Shown here: positions 47,672 through 57,216 of the stretch, piece after piece | How the letters are laid out: the number at the start of each line of letters is the position of its first letter | How positions within the stretch are numbered: position 1 is the first letter of the stretch | Source: a virus | Lineage: Duplodnaviria; Caudoviricetes | Direction: 5' to 3' (one strand) | IMG/VR virus record: IMGVR_UViG_3300025890_000021 | Coordinates: 26,404-90,403 of that record | Length of the DNA stretch: 64,000 nucleotides | Translations under genes and position numbers: made by a program | Notes under the pieces: generated by a model | Seen by the model: the letters and a program-made list of their open reading frames with translations, nothing else | The model's database searches: none | Told to the model about the DNA's origin: nothing

Positions 47672-48259
47672 CTATATAGCGTAGCCGAACAAATCAAAAT
47701 CATCTTTAAAATGTTTACCTACAATTTCTTTTAATTCATCATCATAATAATGTTCCCATGAGTTATGGTCTATAGATTTATTATAATGTGGTAATTGCTT
47801 TTCTCCACCAATCTTTTTTATAAAATACTGATAATCATTCTCAAGGTTTTCATACCTACCAATAAAATCTAATGGTCTATTAATGTATACAGATTGTGGT
47901 ATTGCAACCATATTATGTTGTGCTGATAATTGTTTTATTAACCACTCTTTATATGGTTTCTTTGCTTCTTCTATCGTGGAATGAGTGTGTCCTTGTATTC
48001 TTTTATATTGTGGTGATTGATGATAGAAGTAAAAACTAACACATCTATCATATGGATTACGAACAAATGCTAATTTAAAATACTCATCCCATATCTCATC
48101 ACCTACTCTCTTCTTTACTAAAGATGCTGGTGAATGTGGATAACCATCTTTATTCCTTAATACCTTAAATCCTGCTGGATTAAATGAATTACGAATACTT
48201 GTTCCTGCCACTTTAGGATTATGTATGAATATAAACTTGTATGATTTATGTACAAACAT
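47672..48259 (-). CDS. sulfotransferase family 2 protein
   Basis: FIHNPKVAGTSI, FVRNPYDR.VSFY, FIGRYENL. Confidence 0.85.
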   Translation of the reverse strand: MFVHKSYKFIFIHNPKVAGTSIRNSFNPAGFKVLRNKDGYPHSPASLVKKRVGDEIWDEYFKLAFVRNPYDRCVSFYFYHQSPQYKRIQGHTHSTIEEAKKPYKEWLIKQLSAQHNMVAIPQSVYINRPLDFIGRYENLENDYQYFIKKIGGEKQLPHYNKSIDHNSWEHYYDDELKEIVGKHFKDDFDLFGYAI

Positions 48260-48486
48260 TAATTCTTTACAGGTTTTAAATCATTGTAATCAATTACTCT
48301 GAATGTGAGTATTGTAGTATCCTCTTCCCATTGTTCATAACCCTCAAATACACAATTGGTATTTGGACCAGTCATATTCTTTATTACTTGTGCTGCTTGT
48401 TCTTCACTATATACAATACACTTTATCAGATTACCATCCACACTAACATGAACGAATTCTTGATTTACTGATTTCTTTTCACCCAT
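48259..48486 (-). CDS. hypothetical protein
   Basis: Stop/start overlaps on both sides. Confidence 0.55.
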   Translation of the reverse strand: MGEKKSVNQEFVHVSVDGNLIKCIVYSEEQAAQVIKNMTGPNTNCVFEGYEQWEEDTTILTFRVIDYNDLKPVKN

Positions 48487-49085
48487 TACTCGATAATGAA
48501 CTTATCCAATATAGTGTTCCTAAATACTTTGATACCATCTGCTAGATTAGCTTCCCAGTCTTCATGTGCCTGTTCATCTGCTCCATCAGTAATATACTTG
48601 TATGATACGAATGGTATGTTTTGTTCCCAACAAATCTTAGCAAGTGCATATGCTTCCATATCCACAACCTCACCATAGTATTGTGATTTATCTTCTACGA
48701 AACAATCACCTGTTCCACAAGTAGCATTTCTACCTATAGGGTTTTTGTATTGTGAGAAATCTATTATTACAGGTGGTTCCTTTTCGAATGGGGTTTCCCC
48801 TCTAAGGAATCCGAGACCTGTTACATCCATATCTCTCTGTACAAACTTTGTACAATCAACTAATGTTTTCTTTTTAATCTTTCGTGAACCTGCGGTTCCA
48901 TAATTGATTACTCTATCATAAGGTATATGTGAACCATACTTACCAATCCTTTGTTGTAATCTGATTGCTGCATTAACCTTACCTACGCCAGTATATAACA
49001 CATCGTATTCATCAAGTTGTCCTTGAGTTTCTACTTCAAGTGCACATACTATTAAAGTTCTTTTGTTTAGTACTGAATCACTCAT
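48486..49085 (-). CDS. MTA/SAH nucleosidase (PNP/UDP family)
   Basis: TGVGKVNAA, INYGTAG, TGD.FV, VDMEAYALA..K.ITD.AD. Confidence 0.85.
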   Translation of the reverse strand: MSDSVLNKRTLIVCALEVETQGQLDEYDVLYTGVGKVNAAIRLQQRIGKYGSHIPYDRVINYGTAGSRKIKKKTLVDCTKFVQRDMDVTGLGFLRGETPFEKEPPVIIDFSQYKNPIGRNATCGTGDCFVEDKSQYYGEVVDMEAYALAKICWEQNIPFVSYKYITDGADEQAHEDWEANLADGIKVFRNTILDKFIIE

Positions 49086-49318
49086 TGGCTACACACAAAT
49101 GTACCATCTGCTTCTGGAAAACAACAATAGTTCTTTACTACTGCACCAGGTATATCACTTCTACTTCCTCTGTTTCCAGCGTGTGATACAAATTGTTCTT
49201 TTTCCACTTTAGGTATCTTCCATTCCTTATAGACAACTAATCTAACCTTACTACAACCTGGGGCTGCACATTTTCTTCTTATAGGTTCTACTATTGGTCT
49301 CTTTTGCATTCTTGGCAT
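49082..49318 (-). CDS. Cys-rich hypothetical protein
   Basis: ORF track; overlaps neighbours. Confidence 0.5.
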   Translation of the reverse strand: MPRMQKRPIVEPIRRKCAAPGCSKVRLVVYKEWKIPKVEKEQFVSHAGNRGSRSDIPGAVVKNYCCFPEADGTFVCSQ

Positions 49319-49320
49319 AT

Positions 49321-50325
49321 TTACTCCTTTATTCTATCCCAATTAAATCCATTACCATACGCACCCCACTCGGATGTTTTGTAATAGATTGGTTTCTTTA
49401 AATCTAAAAATTCTATAATTCCTTGTGGGGATAAATCATATTCATTACTGATATCCCACTCCCCAAGTTTTGTCTGAATAATACATTGTATTGGTTCTTT
49501 CATTCCAATACCATAACTCAACTGAACAAACACTTCATCTATATCTCCAATACCACCTTTTAATAATTGGTCTTTCGCGATATATCTTGCCATGTATGCA
49601 GCACTTCTATCAACCTTACTTGGGTCTTTACCACTATACGCTCCACCACCGATTGGAACTCTTGGGCCGTAGTTATCAACTACTAATTTCCTACCAGTCA
49701 ATCCTGCATCTGCATCGAATCCACCTTGTTCCCAATCTCCTGCTGGATTACAAAATATCTTTGTATCTTTATATTTATCCTTATCTTCCAACCATTGTGT
49801 AATTAAATATCTTAATTGCCCAGAACTTGCATTCTGAAAACTACAAACGATTGCAATTATATTATGGTCTTCATCTATGGTAATTTGTGTCTTACCATCA
49901 TATTCGAATATATTATAAATGTGTTTACATAAACTTCTTGCTAAGTAATATTCTTGTGGTACAAAATCTTCGTTGTGATTACATGCATAACCAATCATAA
50001 TACCTTGGTCTCCTGCACCACCATCATCAACACCTCTACCAATCTCTGGTGATTGTTTCACCAAGTTAACTGATGTGGTATGTGTCTTATCGTAAATCTC
50101 TGGTTCACCTAATACCTCATCTACTAAATGTGGTACAGGTATTTCTTTATCTGAATTAATTGTAACTTCACCATTGATGTAGATATGCCCGTGTCCACCC
50201 ATTGTTTCAACGGCTACTCGGGCATCTCTATCTTCAGTAAGACAGTAATCTAATATCCTATCAGATATTCTATCACATATCTTATCAGGATGTTTCGGTG
50301 TTACAAACTCTGCTGTTCTATACAC
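49321..50325 (-). CDS. metK: S-adenosylmethionine synthetase
   Basis: EFVTPKHPDKICD, GAGDQG, DAGLTGRK..DNYG..GGGAYSGKDPSKVDRSAAY. Confidence 0.95.
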   Translation of the reverse strand: MYRTAEFVTPKHPDKICDRISDRILDYCLTEDRDARVAVETMGGHGHIYINGEVTINSDKEIPVPHLVDEVLGEPEIYDKTHTTSVNLVKQSPEIGRGVDDGGAGDQGIMIGYACNHNEDFVPQEYYLARSLCKHIYNIFEYDGKTQITIDEDHNIIAIVCSFQNASSGQLRYLITQWLEDKDKYKDTKIFCNPAGDWEQGGFDADAGLTGRKLVVDNYGPRVPIGGGAYSGKDPSKVDRSAAYMARYIAKDQLLKGGIGDIDEVFVQLSYGIGMKEPIQCIIQTKLGEWDISNEYDLSPQGIIEFLDLKKPIYYKTSEWGAYGNGFNWDRIKE

Positions 50326-50427
50326 CTAACTTTCCTATCCTCTCGTATCTTTATATACCAAAAATGCTACACCTAAAAATGTTACATAAGGTACTAAACT
50401 TAAAATAAAGTCCATATTATACGCCTC

Positions 50428-50613
50428 CTATTTTGTTGATGCTACTGATTCTTTACGATATTCAGTAACAAGTTTCTTAATCTCTCCAATTGCTTTTCGA
50501 GCTCTTCCTGCAGCTGCCTTAGTACCTTTTTCATTATAGGTCTCATGGTTTGCTTTGAACTCATCAAAGTGGTTAGAAATTTCTGTAAATAACTCATCTA
50601 CTTTTGCCATCAT
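50428..50613 (-). CDS. histone H1-like (Hc1-type) small protein
   Basis: KG.KAAAGRARKA..EIKKL..EYRKES pattern. Confidence 0.55.
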   Translation of the reverse strand: MMAKVDELFTEISNHFDEFKANHETYNEKGTKAAAGRARKAIGEIKKLVTEYRKESVASTK

Positions 50614-51125
50614 TTATCTCCTTTGTATGTTATAACTGATTTAACTTTATCCTTATTTAAAAAACTGAGATTGATTAGATAGACTTCATCTATCACATCA
50701 TACCCAGCTTCTTCACATAATTCTCTTGTGGCCTTTGCAGTACCACCTGTGGCATATACATCATCCACAATAATTACTTTACCCTTACCAGGTTTAATCT
50801 CTAATGTATCAAACCCATACTCTAATGAATATGCTTTACTAATTACTGGTGGGGGAAGTTTACCTTTTTTTCGGACAGGAACAAAACCTAAACCCATTCT
50901 CTTTGCGAGATGAGCTCCGAATATAAAACCTCTAGCCTCACAACCTACTATGTAACTGACGGCAGTTTGATTTTCTATCAAACCTCTCATCAATAGTGTG
51001 GCATGACTAAATGCATTTGCATCTTTTAATAATGGTGTGATATCTTTAAACACCACATCCTTAACTGGCCAATCTGGTACATCAACTATATAATCTTGTA
51101 AATTCATTTTATTCTCCAATGACAT
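50610..51125 (-). CDS. apt: adenine phosphoribosyltransferase
   Basis: VFKDITPLL, EARGFIFG, VRKKGKLP, Y.LEYG, IVDDVYATGGT. Confidence 0.92.
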   Translation of the reverse strand: MSLENKMNLQDYIVDVPDWPVKDVVFKDITPLLKDANAFSHATLLMRGLIENQTAVSYIVGCEARGFIFGAHLAKRMGLGFVPVRKKGKLPPPVISKAYSLEYGFDTLEIKPGKGKVIIVDDVYATGGTAKATRELCEEAGYDVIDEVYLINLSFLNKDKVKSVITYKGDK

Positions 51126-51468
51126 TCGTTACTTGAATTAAAATAATTGATAATGCTAACAGAAGACATATTGCTGTTTTTAATGTAGGAATCTCTCGTA
51201 GAAATAAATAGGACATGATTCCGAAAATCAATGTACCAACTCCGAATCCTATCATTCGAATATTCCATGTAAATCCAAAGTGTTCATAACTTAATCTTGA
51301 TGAATGGAAAAATAACCAACCAATTGGTATTCCAAATAATGCCATCCAATTAGCACTACTCCAAAACCAATGACCTTTTAATGATTCGGTGAATTGAGCA
51401 TTCAACTGCCACCAAGCCATTACATTACTTATAACCAATATGACCATCGCCATAACTAATTTACTCAA
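51109..51468 (-). CDS. small multi-pass membrane protein
   Basis: About four hydrophobic helices. Confidence 0.6.
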   Translation of the reverse strand: MSKLVMAMVILVISNVMAWWQLNAQFTESLKGHWFWSSANWMALFGIPIGWLFFHSSRLSYEHFGFTWNIRMIGFGVGTLIFGIMSYLFLREIPTLKTAICLLLALSIILIQVTNVIGE

Positions 51469-51711
51469 TTAATATTCTTCTCCATAGAGTGAATACTTCT
51501 TAATAGTAGGTGGTTTCTCTTTACCATCTTCCATATGAACTTCACCCTTTTGTGCATCTATATAAAATTCTGTACCACCAGATTCCATAAAGATAGCGTT
51601 TAAAACCTCAGTAAGTGATGAGTATATTTGGTCATCACCATCTGTTATTGCCCACCTATCACCAGGTGGAACTCTTGTTGCTTTTAGTTCTTTCATTAGT
51701 CTTTCTCCCAA
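51469..51711 (-). CDS. hypothetical protein
   Basis: ORF tiles in the operon. Confidence 0.5.
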   Translation of the reverse strand: MGERLMKELKATRVPPGDRWAITDGDDQIYSSLTEVLNAIFMESGGTEFYIDAQKGEVHMEDGKEKPPTIKKYSLYGEEY

Positions 51712-52025
51712 TTACCCTCGTGGAATCCATCAGCAAAATGCTTAACATCTTTCTGTGCAAATCCTGCACCCATAGAATGTTCATGAACTTCCTTATCGGT
51801 ATCTTCTGCAATTAAATCACATTGTAAATGATTAGTTCCATTACCAAGATAATCATATTCAACTTCGTGTGTGTTCTTACCACAATGGTCACAAGTCCAA
51901 TGTTCTAAATACTCTTTAGAAAGTACTTCTTCTTTGGTAATCTGTGGATACAACTCTCGTATCTTTGCACCCAACTCCATATCATTAGGTGTCTCCTTAA
52001 TTATTTCTCCGATAATCTTATCCAT
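51696..52025 (-). CDS. hypothetical protein with CxxC
   Basis: CDHC..HLQC. Confidence 0.5.
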   Translation of the reverse strand: MDKIIGEIIKETPNDMELGAKIRELYPQITKEEVLSKEYLEHWTCDHCGKNTHEVEYDYLGNGTNHLQCDLIAEDTDKEVHEHSMGAGFAQKDVKHFADGFHEGNWEKD

Positions 52026-52272
52026 TGATTAACTCTTTGGTATCCCTTGCATCATATTCCTTTGGAAAGTATTTTGATAATACTTCTAACAAATCGTGAT
52101 ACTTAGATATCTCTTCTAACTCTTTCTCTATTGTATCCATGATATCAGAATGTTCACCTATACCTACAGAATTCTGTAATAGATTCTCAACATTGATTCT
52201 ATGTTTCTCAATGTGAGCTTCAAAGTGAATCTTACTTGCGTTTAGTAATTCGGTTCTAAAGTTTACTGCCAT
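52018..52272 (-). CDS. conserved phage hypothetical protein
   Basis: VGIGEHSDI..IEKEL pattern familiar from T4-like phages. Confidence 0.6.
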   Translation of the reverse strand: MAVNFRTELLNASKIHFEAHIEKHRINVENLLQNSVGIGEHSDIMDTIEKELEEISKYHDLLEVLSKYFPKEYDARDTKELING

Positions 52273-52754
52273 TTTTTTGTCCTTTTATACTTTGTATTTC
52301 TCTTCTTCTTCAAGTGAACTTCGGAAGTGGTTTTCTTCCGATGACACTTTTTACATAGAGTTTGTAGATTATCCAATCCATAGTAACTCCAATCTAAATC
52401 TTTTGCCTTTACAAACTTCTGTTCCACTAAAGGTCTAACATGGTCTGCATCCCATCGTTTACCTACCACACCACAATGATTACATTTACCACCATCTCTT
52501 TTTCTAAGATGTGCTCGTTGTTCTTTCGAGTGGTATATAATCATATACTCTGTTGCACAATCTTCGTGCCAACTTCTTCTCTCATTGATAGTACCATCTT
52601 CTTTTACTATCATGGTTCCACACCATCTACATTGTCCTTTTATCGTGGTGTAGTAAGAATTAGGTTTAGGTGGTTTTCTAAAATCACCATCCCATTCTTC
52701 TTTCTTTTTACCAAATGTTCTTTCGTGTCTTTTGCCGAATCTACTAAGTGGCAT
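52263..52754 (-). CDS. HNH endonuclease
   Basis: CNHC..DHVRP..NLQTLCKKCH. Confidence 0.85.
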   Translation of the reverse strand: MPLSRFGKRHERTFGKKKEEWDGDFRKPPKPNSYYTTIKGQCRWCGTMIVKEDGTINERRSWHEDCATEYMIIYHSKEQRAHLRKRDGGKCNHCGVVGKRWDADHVRPLVEQKFVKAKDLDWSYYGLDNLQTLCKKCHRKKTTSEVHLKKKRNTKYKRTKKWQ

Positions 52755-53051
52755 CTATTCCTCAATTTTTGCTATTATATCTCTCTCCATTACTACAAAC
52801 AAATCTTCACCATTGTGTGATATTTCTACAGCACTAAATTTAGTGAATATAATCTTATCACCAATTTTAATATCCATTGGCATATGTTGTCCATCATTCA
52901 TATTTCTTGAACCAGGTCCAACTGCCTCAACAATACCTTGTTCTGTTTGTTTACCCTCATCAATTGAATCTGGTAATATAATACCACCACTACTCATTTC
53001 TTCTCGCGAAGGTTTCTTAATCACTACTCGTGCATCCATCGGTATAACCAT
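52755..53051 (-). CDS. groES: GroES co-chaperonin
   Basis: P..ARVVIK..SGGIILP..G.VEAVGPG..GDKIIF..E.DI.A. Confidence 0.92.
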   Translation of the reverse strand: MVIPMDARVVIKKPSREEMSSGGIILPDSIDEGKQTEQGIVEAVGPGSRNMNDGQHMPMDIKIGDKIIFTKFSAVEISHNGEDLFVVMERDIIAKIEE

Positions 53052-53076
53052 TATTTCTCCTTTGTAATTTTATTTG

Positions 53077-53149
53077 TGGAGCTGACTGGGTTCGAACCAG
53101 CGACCTCCGCAGTGCAAGTGCGATGCTCTCCCAACTGAGCTACAGCCCC
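53077..53149 (-). tRNA. tRNA-Ala(TGC)
   Basis: GGGGCTG/CAGCTCC-A with G3.U70, TAGCTCAGTTGG D arm, CT-TGC-AC loop, GGTTCGAACC. Confidence 0.92.
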
Positions 53150-53188
53150 GGCCCTCGGACTTAATTTCTCAATTGTTTTCATAGCCTG

Positions 53189-53227
53189 AATATAAGGCTT
53201 TTTTACTATACTTGTCAAGTGTTTTTT
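53189..53227 (-). promoter_or_regulatory. conserved sigma70-type promoter, copy 7 (upstream of tRNA-Ala)
   Basis: CAC-TTGACA-N18-TATATT. Confidence 0.7.
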
Positions 53228-53616
53228 ATGCTTTTCCAAAAATATTTTGATGTATCCCATAAATACATTAGGAATACAACCCCCAAAACTCCTATTGCAA
53301 CTAATGTTCCAATAGTAATTGTCATTATAAATATAAGGATGAACGCCATAAATTCAAATATATCTTTAACAAATTTAGAACCACTAACAAGTGAATCTCC
53401 AAAATCATTATCTCTGGTCATTATTTCCTTATGTATCTTATCATCCATACCCAATACCAAACTACTCCTATAAACAAGAGTACTTGTATTATTGCTCTGA
53501 AATCGTCTGTTATATTTATTTCCATGATGTAACATATGCGACATCATATCACTCATATATAAATAGTAACTATATCTCAAATCTATCATTTTGTTCTGCA
53601 AACTTTTCATTATCAC
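53215..53616 (-). CDS. membrane hypothetical protein
   Basis: Long hydrophobic stretch; true start probably internal. Confidence 0.4.
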   Translation of the reverse strand: MIMKSLQNKMIDLRYSYYLYMSDMMSHMLHHGNKYNRRFQSNNTSTLVYRSSLVLGMDDKIHKEIMTRDNDFGDSLVSGSKFVKDIFEFMAFILIFIMTITIGTLVAIGVLGVVFLMYLWDTSKYFWKSIKNT

Positions 53617-54373
53617 TAATTATAGTTTTGAACAAATCAATATCTAATCCTAATTCCTCTACTAACTTTGCTAACCCTCTTGTATCTTTGGGTAAACAAG
53701 TTCCACCAAATCCACCATACTCTTTATTCACTTTTAGATAATGTCCATCACCTACTCCATGAAATAAAAACGCATCTTTCACTACATCATAGTTTGCATC
53801 AACCTCGTTACATATCTTATAAAACGCGTTGGCAAATGTTACTCTCATTGCTTTATAACTATTACTGAAGTACTTCATTAACTCACCCTCGATAGGTTTC
53901 ATCACGACTGTATGTGTTGGTAGATTACCATGACACTCTTTAACCAATCGTATTGTTTCTTCATCTTCAGTACCTATAACTAATATATTATTATTATATT
54001 TAAAATCATACTCAGCACATTTCTCTCTCAAGAACTCTGGTACAAAACTTATATCTAATCCATCACCATTGTGATAAAACTCTTCTCTCCATTTATCCAC
54101 ACTACCTGGTTTGATTGTACTCTTAACACAAACCTTACCTTTGTATTTAAGATTATATAATTCTCTTAGAACACTATGTACAATACTTGTATCACACTCA
54201 CCATTATCACCTGATGGTGTAGGTACACAAATGTAAGTAATTGGTGTATCCAAGACATCTGTAATGCTTGTTTCCAACCTAACATCATGACAGATAGTTT
54301 CATGTCCAACTGATTCAAAACCTTTTGATATTGCTGTACCAACAAAACCTTTTCCTATTATTCCTATTTTCAT
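53570..54373 (-). CDS. UDP-glucose/GDP-mannose dehydrogenase family protein lacking the C-terminal domain
   Basis: GIIGKGFVG, ICVPTP, KST, PEFLRE, MKY..N, GFGGTCLPKD. Confidence 0.85.
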   Translation of the reverse strand: MKIGIIGKGFVGTAISKGFESVGHETICHDVRLETSITDVLDTPITYICVPTPSGDNGECDTSIVHSVLRELYNLKYKGKVCVKSTIKPGSVDKWREEFYHNGDGLDISFVPEFLREKCAEYDFKYNNNILVIGTEDEETIRLVKECHGNLPTHTVVMKPIEGELMKYFSNSYKAMRVTFANAFYKICNEVDANYDVVKDAFLFHGVGDGHYLKVNKEYGGFGGTCLPKDTRGLAKLVEELGLDIDLFKTIISDNEKFAEQNDRFEI

Positions 54374-54546
54374 TATAACCCACTTCCATATTCATGTACT
54401 ACTCTCCACTCTAATGGTGGTCTGTTTCTTTTATATTGTTCCATACTCCATTCTAAATCATCAGTAGTTATATCCAATGATTCAACCTCAAGTCCCTTAT
54501 CATCTGTGTATGTAATCTCGATGATATATCTCTTCTTCTTATCCAT
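54373..54546 (-). CDS. small hypothetical protein (57 aa)
   Basis: Hand translation MDKKKRYIIEITY..TDDLEWSMEQYKRNR. Confidence 0.55.
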   Translation of the reverse strand: MDKKKRYIIEITYTDDKGLEVESLDITTDDLEWSMEQYKRNRPPLEWRVVHEYGSGL

Positions 54547-56071
54547 ATACTTTCACTCCGTATTTCTTCTCGAACTCCACAGCATCATTGTGTGTGTTCA
54601 CTATCGGCATTCCCTTAATGTTCAAACTTGTATTCAATAACATCGGACATCCTGTCTTCTTATAAAATTCATTTATCAGATTGTAGAAGTTTGGATTATC
54701 ATCTTTACTGACTGTCTGTACCCTTGATGTATTATCTACATGACATATTGCTGGATACAAATCTGGTCGTTTACAATCTGCTACAAACTGCATGTACTGA
54801 GATTTCTTTACAGGCATATCAAATATCTTATGTGCATGTTCCTCAAGTACTGCAGGTGCAAAAGGACGAAACTCTTGTCGTTTCTTAATCTTGTTCATCT
54901 TGTCCTTTATATCATTACCTCGTGGGTCTGCTAGTAGAGAACGATTCCCTAAAGCTCGTGGACCGAACTCCGCTCTACCACTAGCGACTCCGACTAAATC
55001 TCCCTTTAACAAAGTTTGCAAAGTTTGCTCAATTGGGTAATCACCCTTGATATCATAACCAAGAAAGGTATTATTCCAATCGAGATGCTCTCCCAGCACA
55101 AAGGCGGCACTTCCCAACGATGAACCACCATCACCGGGATTTGGGATAATCCATAAATTGGGGAACTGTCTCGCAATCTTGGAATTGGCTACGCAGTTTA
55201 ATGCAACCCCACCACCATATACATAATTGTTACAATGTGGAACCAATGTACTTGCGTGTTGAAAGATATCCATAATTCTATTCTCACATATATGTTGTGT
55301 TGCGTTTGCTATATCGAACTTCCATTTATCACTTCCATCATCTGGATAACATTTAGGATTCCAATCTTGACATCCTCTGTGTAGATTATGTTTCATCTTT
55401 AAGCCTGTAGGATACGCAAAGAAATACTCTTCCATTTCTTTCACGAGTTCCTCTATAGGTTCTCCCCATCCTGCCATACCCATTAAGATGTACTCATCTT
55501 CTTGTGGTTTCAATCCTAATCGTTGTGTCATAGCACTATACCAAAGGCCCAACGAGTTGGGGTATCTATCACTCCATAATTTTGTAAAGGTAGTTCTCTT
55601 CTGTGAATCTGTTTCGATATACCATATAGTGGCACACTCCCATTCACCAATCGCATCTATATTTACTGAGATGGCATTATCATAAGGGGATGTGAAGTAC
55701 GCAGCACTTGCGTGAGATAAATGATGTGATATCTGATAATCTGGTCTGATACCAAATTGTTTCAAATAATAATTAGGTAGATTTTTCAATTGGAAAAACT
55801 CACCATACTGACCTGCATATAATTGACGAGTTTTCTTCAATAGAGAATCCTCGAACCATACGGAAGTATCCCAATCACCATATCGTTTTAAATCATTGAA
55901 TAACCTTGAATCTAAATTCTCATCGAACTTGATATCTGAATATCGTTCATTGTGACCTGCGAACTTAATCTCTGTACCATGAATAAGTGATGCTGTTGCA
56001 TCGTGGTTCAACCCGTTTAAACCGAGTATTTTTCGTTCATGAGTAGGGAATGTAACATACTTTGTTTTCAT
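54539..56071 (-). CDS. carbamoyltransferase (NodU/CmcH/TobZ family)
   Basis: HDATA, ERYS, HHLSHA, DAIGE, GGVALNC, EFGPRALGNRS, FRPFAP, LNTSLN. Confidence 0.93.
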   Translation of the reverse strand: MKTKYVTFPTHERKILGLNGLNHDATASLIHGTEIKFAGHNERYSDIKFDENLDSRLFNDLKRYGDWDTSVWFEDSLLKKTRQLYAGQYGEFFQLKNLPNYYLKQFGIRPDYQISHHLSHASAAYFTSPYDNAISVNIDAIGEWECATIWYIETDSQKRTTFTKLWSDRYPNSLGLWYSAMTQRLGLKPQEDEYILMGMAGWGEPIEELVKEMEEYFFAYPTGLKMKHNLHRGCQDWNPKCYPDDGSDKWKFDIANATQHICENRIMDIFQHASTLVPHCNNYVYGGGVALNCVANSKIARQFPNLWIIPNPGDGGSSLGSAAFVLGEHLDWNNTFLGYDIKGDYPIEQTLQTLLKGDLVGVASGRAEFGPRALGNRSLLADPRGNDIKDKMNKIKKRQEFRPFAPAVLEEHAHKIFDMPVKKSQYMQFVADCKRPDLYPAICHVDNTSRVQTVSKDDNPNFYNLINEFYKKTGCPMLLNTSLNIKGMPIVNTHNDAVEFEKKYGVKVYG

Positions 56072-56086
56072 AACTAATAATAAGTA

Positions 56087-56461
56087 TCAATGTAAATCCT
56101 TAAAATACAAAAAAACTTCGTGAGTGAAACGAGCGAACCCTACACCTATCATGTTATACACCATATCGTGTACACTAAATCCATCACTTCTACTAAACTT
56201 GGTACTCTGATATACTTCATAAGAGAATCCAACTGCGGTGGCACTAATCATAGAGTGTAAGGGATTCGGTATAGTATCATGTAATGTGAATAACAAAGTA
56301 TCAGAATACAAAGTATAGAACATAAAGTATAATCCAAATGAAGTAGTGAGGTGTGCGGTTTTATCTAATTGAATATCAAAGTTATCTTGTGCAATAGTTC
56401 CTCTACTTAAAAGAATTGCGGGTAGTAAAAATACTAATACTAACCATACTATACTATTCAT
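56087..56461 (-). CDS. VanZ/YfiM-like membrane protein
   Basis: DKTAH..G..YE..Q..DGFS..D...N. Confidence 0.5.
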   Translation of the reverse strand: MNSIVWLVLVFLLPAILLSRGTIAQDNFDIQLDKTAHLTTSFGLYFMFYTLYSDTLLFTLHDTIPNPLHSMISATAVGFSYEVYQSTKFSRSDGFSVHDMVYNMIGVGFARFTHEVFLYFKDLH

Positions 56462-56898
56462 TTCTCATTTAAGTACTGATACCATACATAACAAGCATAA
56501 CCACTTAACCCTATACTGATTAACATAACAAACACATTACCATCATTCATCTTTATCTCCATTTAAAGTAATCATCTAATATCAATATAATACATAGTAT
56601 CAAGAAAGCAAACAATATCTCTACTTGAATCCACATTGTACTTTGTATTATAGAACTCCACATCATAATACTAAATATCAAGTGAGTGATAAATAATATC
56701 GCGAAAGATGCATATCCACATGGATAAGAGGTGTTATTAAATCGCTTAGAGGAAAAAAGCCACGCCGATATAAAAGCAACTCTGGCCGTCTGACATTATG
56801 TCATACTTGTTTGGATTCACGATGAATTGCCTGGGGTGGCCATCCTACACTATACACTCTGTAGTTTTGTCATACTCGATTACTGGTACTTATGGCAC

Positions 56899-56923
56899 TA
56901 CCTGTATACCTGTAATACCTGTA
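56899..56923. repeat. tandem TACCTGTA x3
   Basis: TACCTGTA TACCTGTA A TACCTGTA. Confidence 0.6.
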
Positions 56924-57022
56924 CTCGCTGTTTATTTTATCGCTAGCTTGTATAGTGTAGTAGTAGTGTATATAGGGATTAGAATATTATTTGGTTCACG
57001 CAAGAAATCAAGGACACGCACT

Positions 57023-57079
57023 TCAAGTATCACTTTAATGAACGCCTCAAGTATCACTTTAATTAAAGTATTACTTTAA
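57023..57079. repeat. direct repeats TCAAGTATCACTTTAAT x2 plus a degenerate third
   Basis: Exact 17-mers at 57023 and 57047; AAGTATTACTTTAA at 57066. Confidence 0.7.
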
Positions 57080-57177
57080 GTGACTGCGGGGCGAATTATA
57101 TAATTAGCGGGGCAAGATATGGGAATTGAGTAGCGAATCCAACCAATTGCAAGCGATATTAGTGTGCGTACCCATTA

Positions 57178-57214
57178 AATATAAGGCTTTTTCGCCATAT
57201 AAGTCAAGTGTTTT
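57178..57214 (-). promoter_or_regulatory. conserved sigma70-type promoter, copy 8
   Basis: CAC-TTGACT-N18-TATATT. Confidence 0.65.
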
Positions 57215-57216
57215 CT

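Noticed and set aside
27103-51125. Host chromosome or prophage interpretation because of metabolic genes
   Set aside because: The genes are interleaved with phage hypotheticals under phage-wide promoter motifs, with uniform strand use and no integrase or att signal
53051-53260. 69-aa ORF upstream of groES
   Set aside because: It is a translation of the promoter and tRNA-Ala sequence
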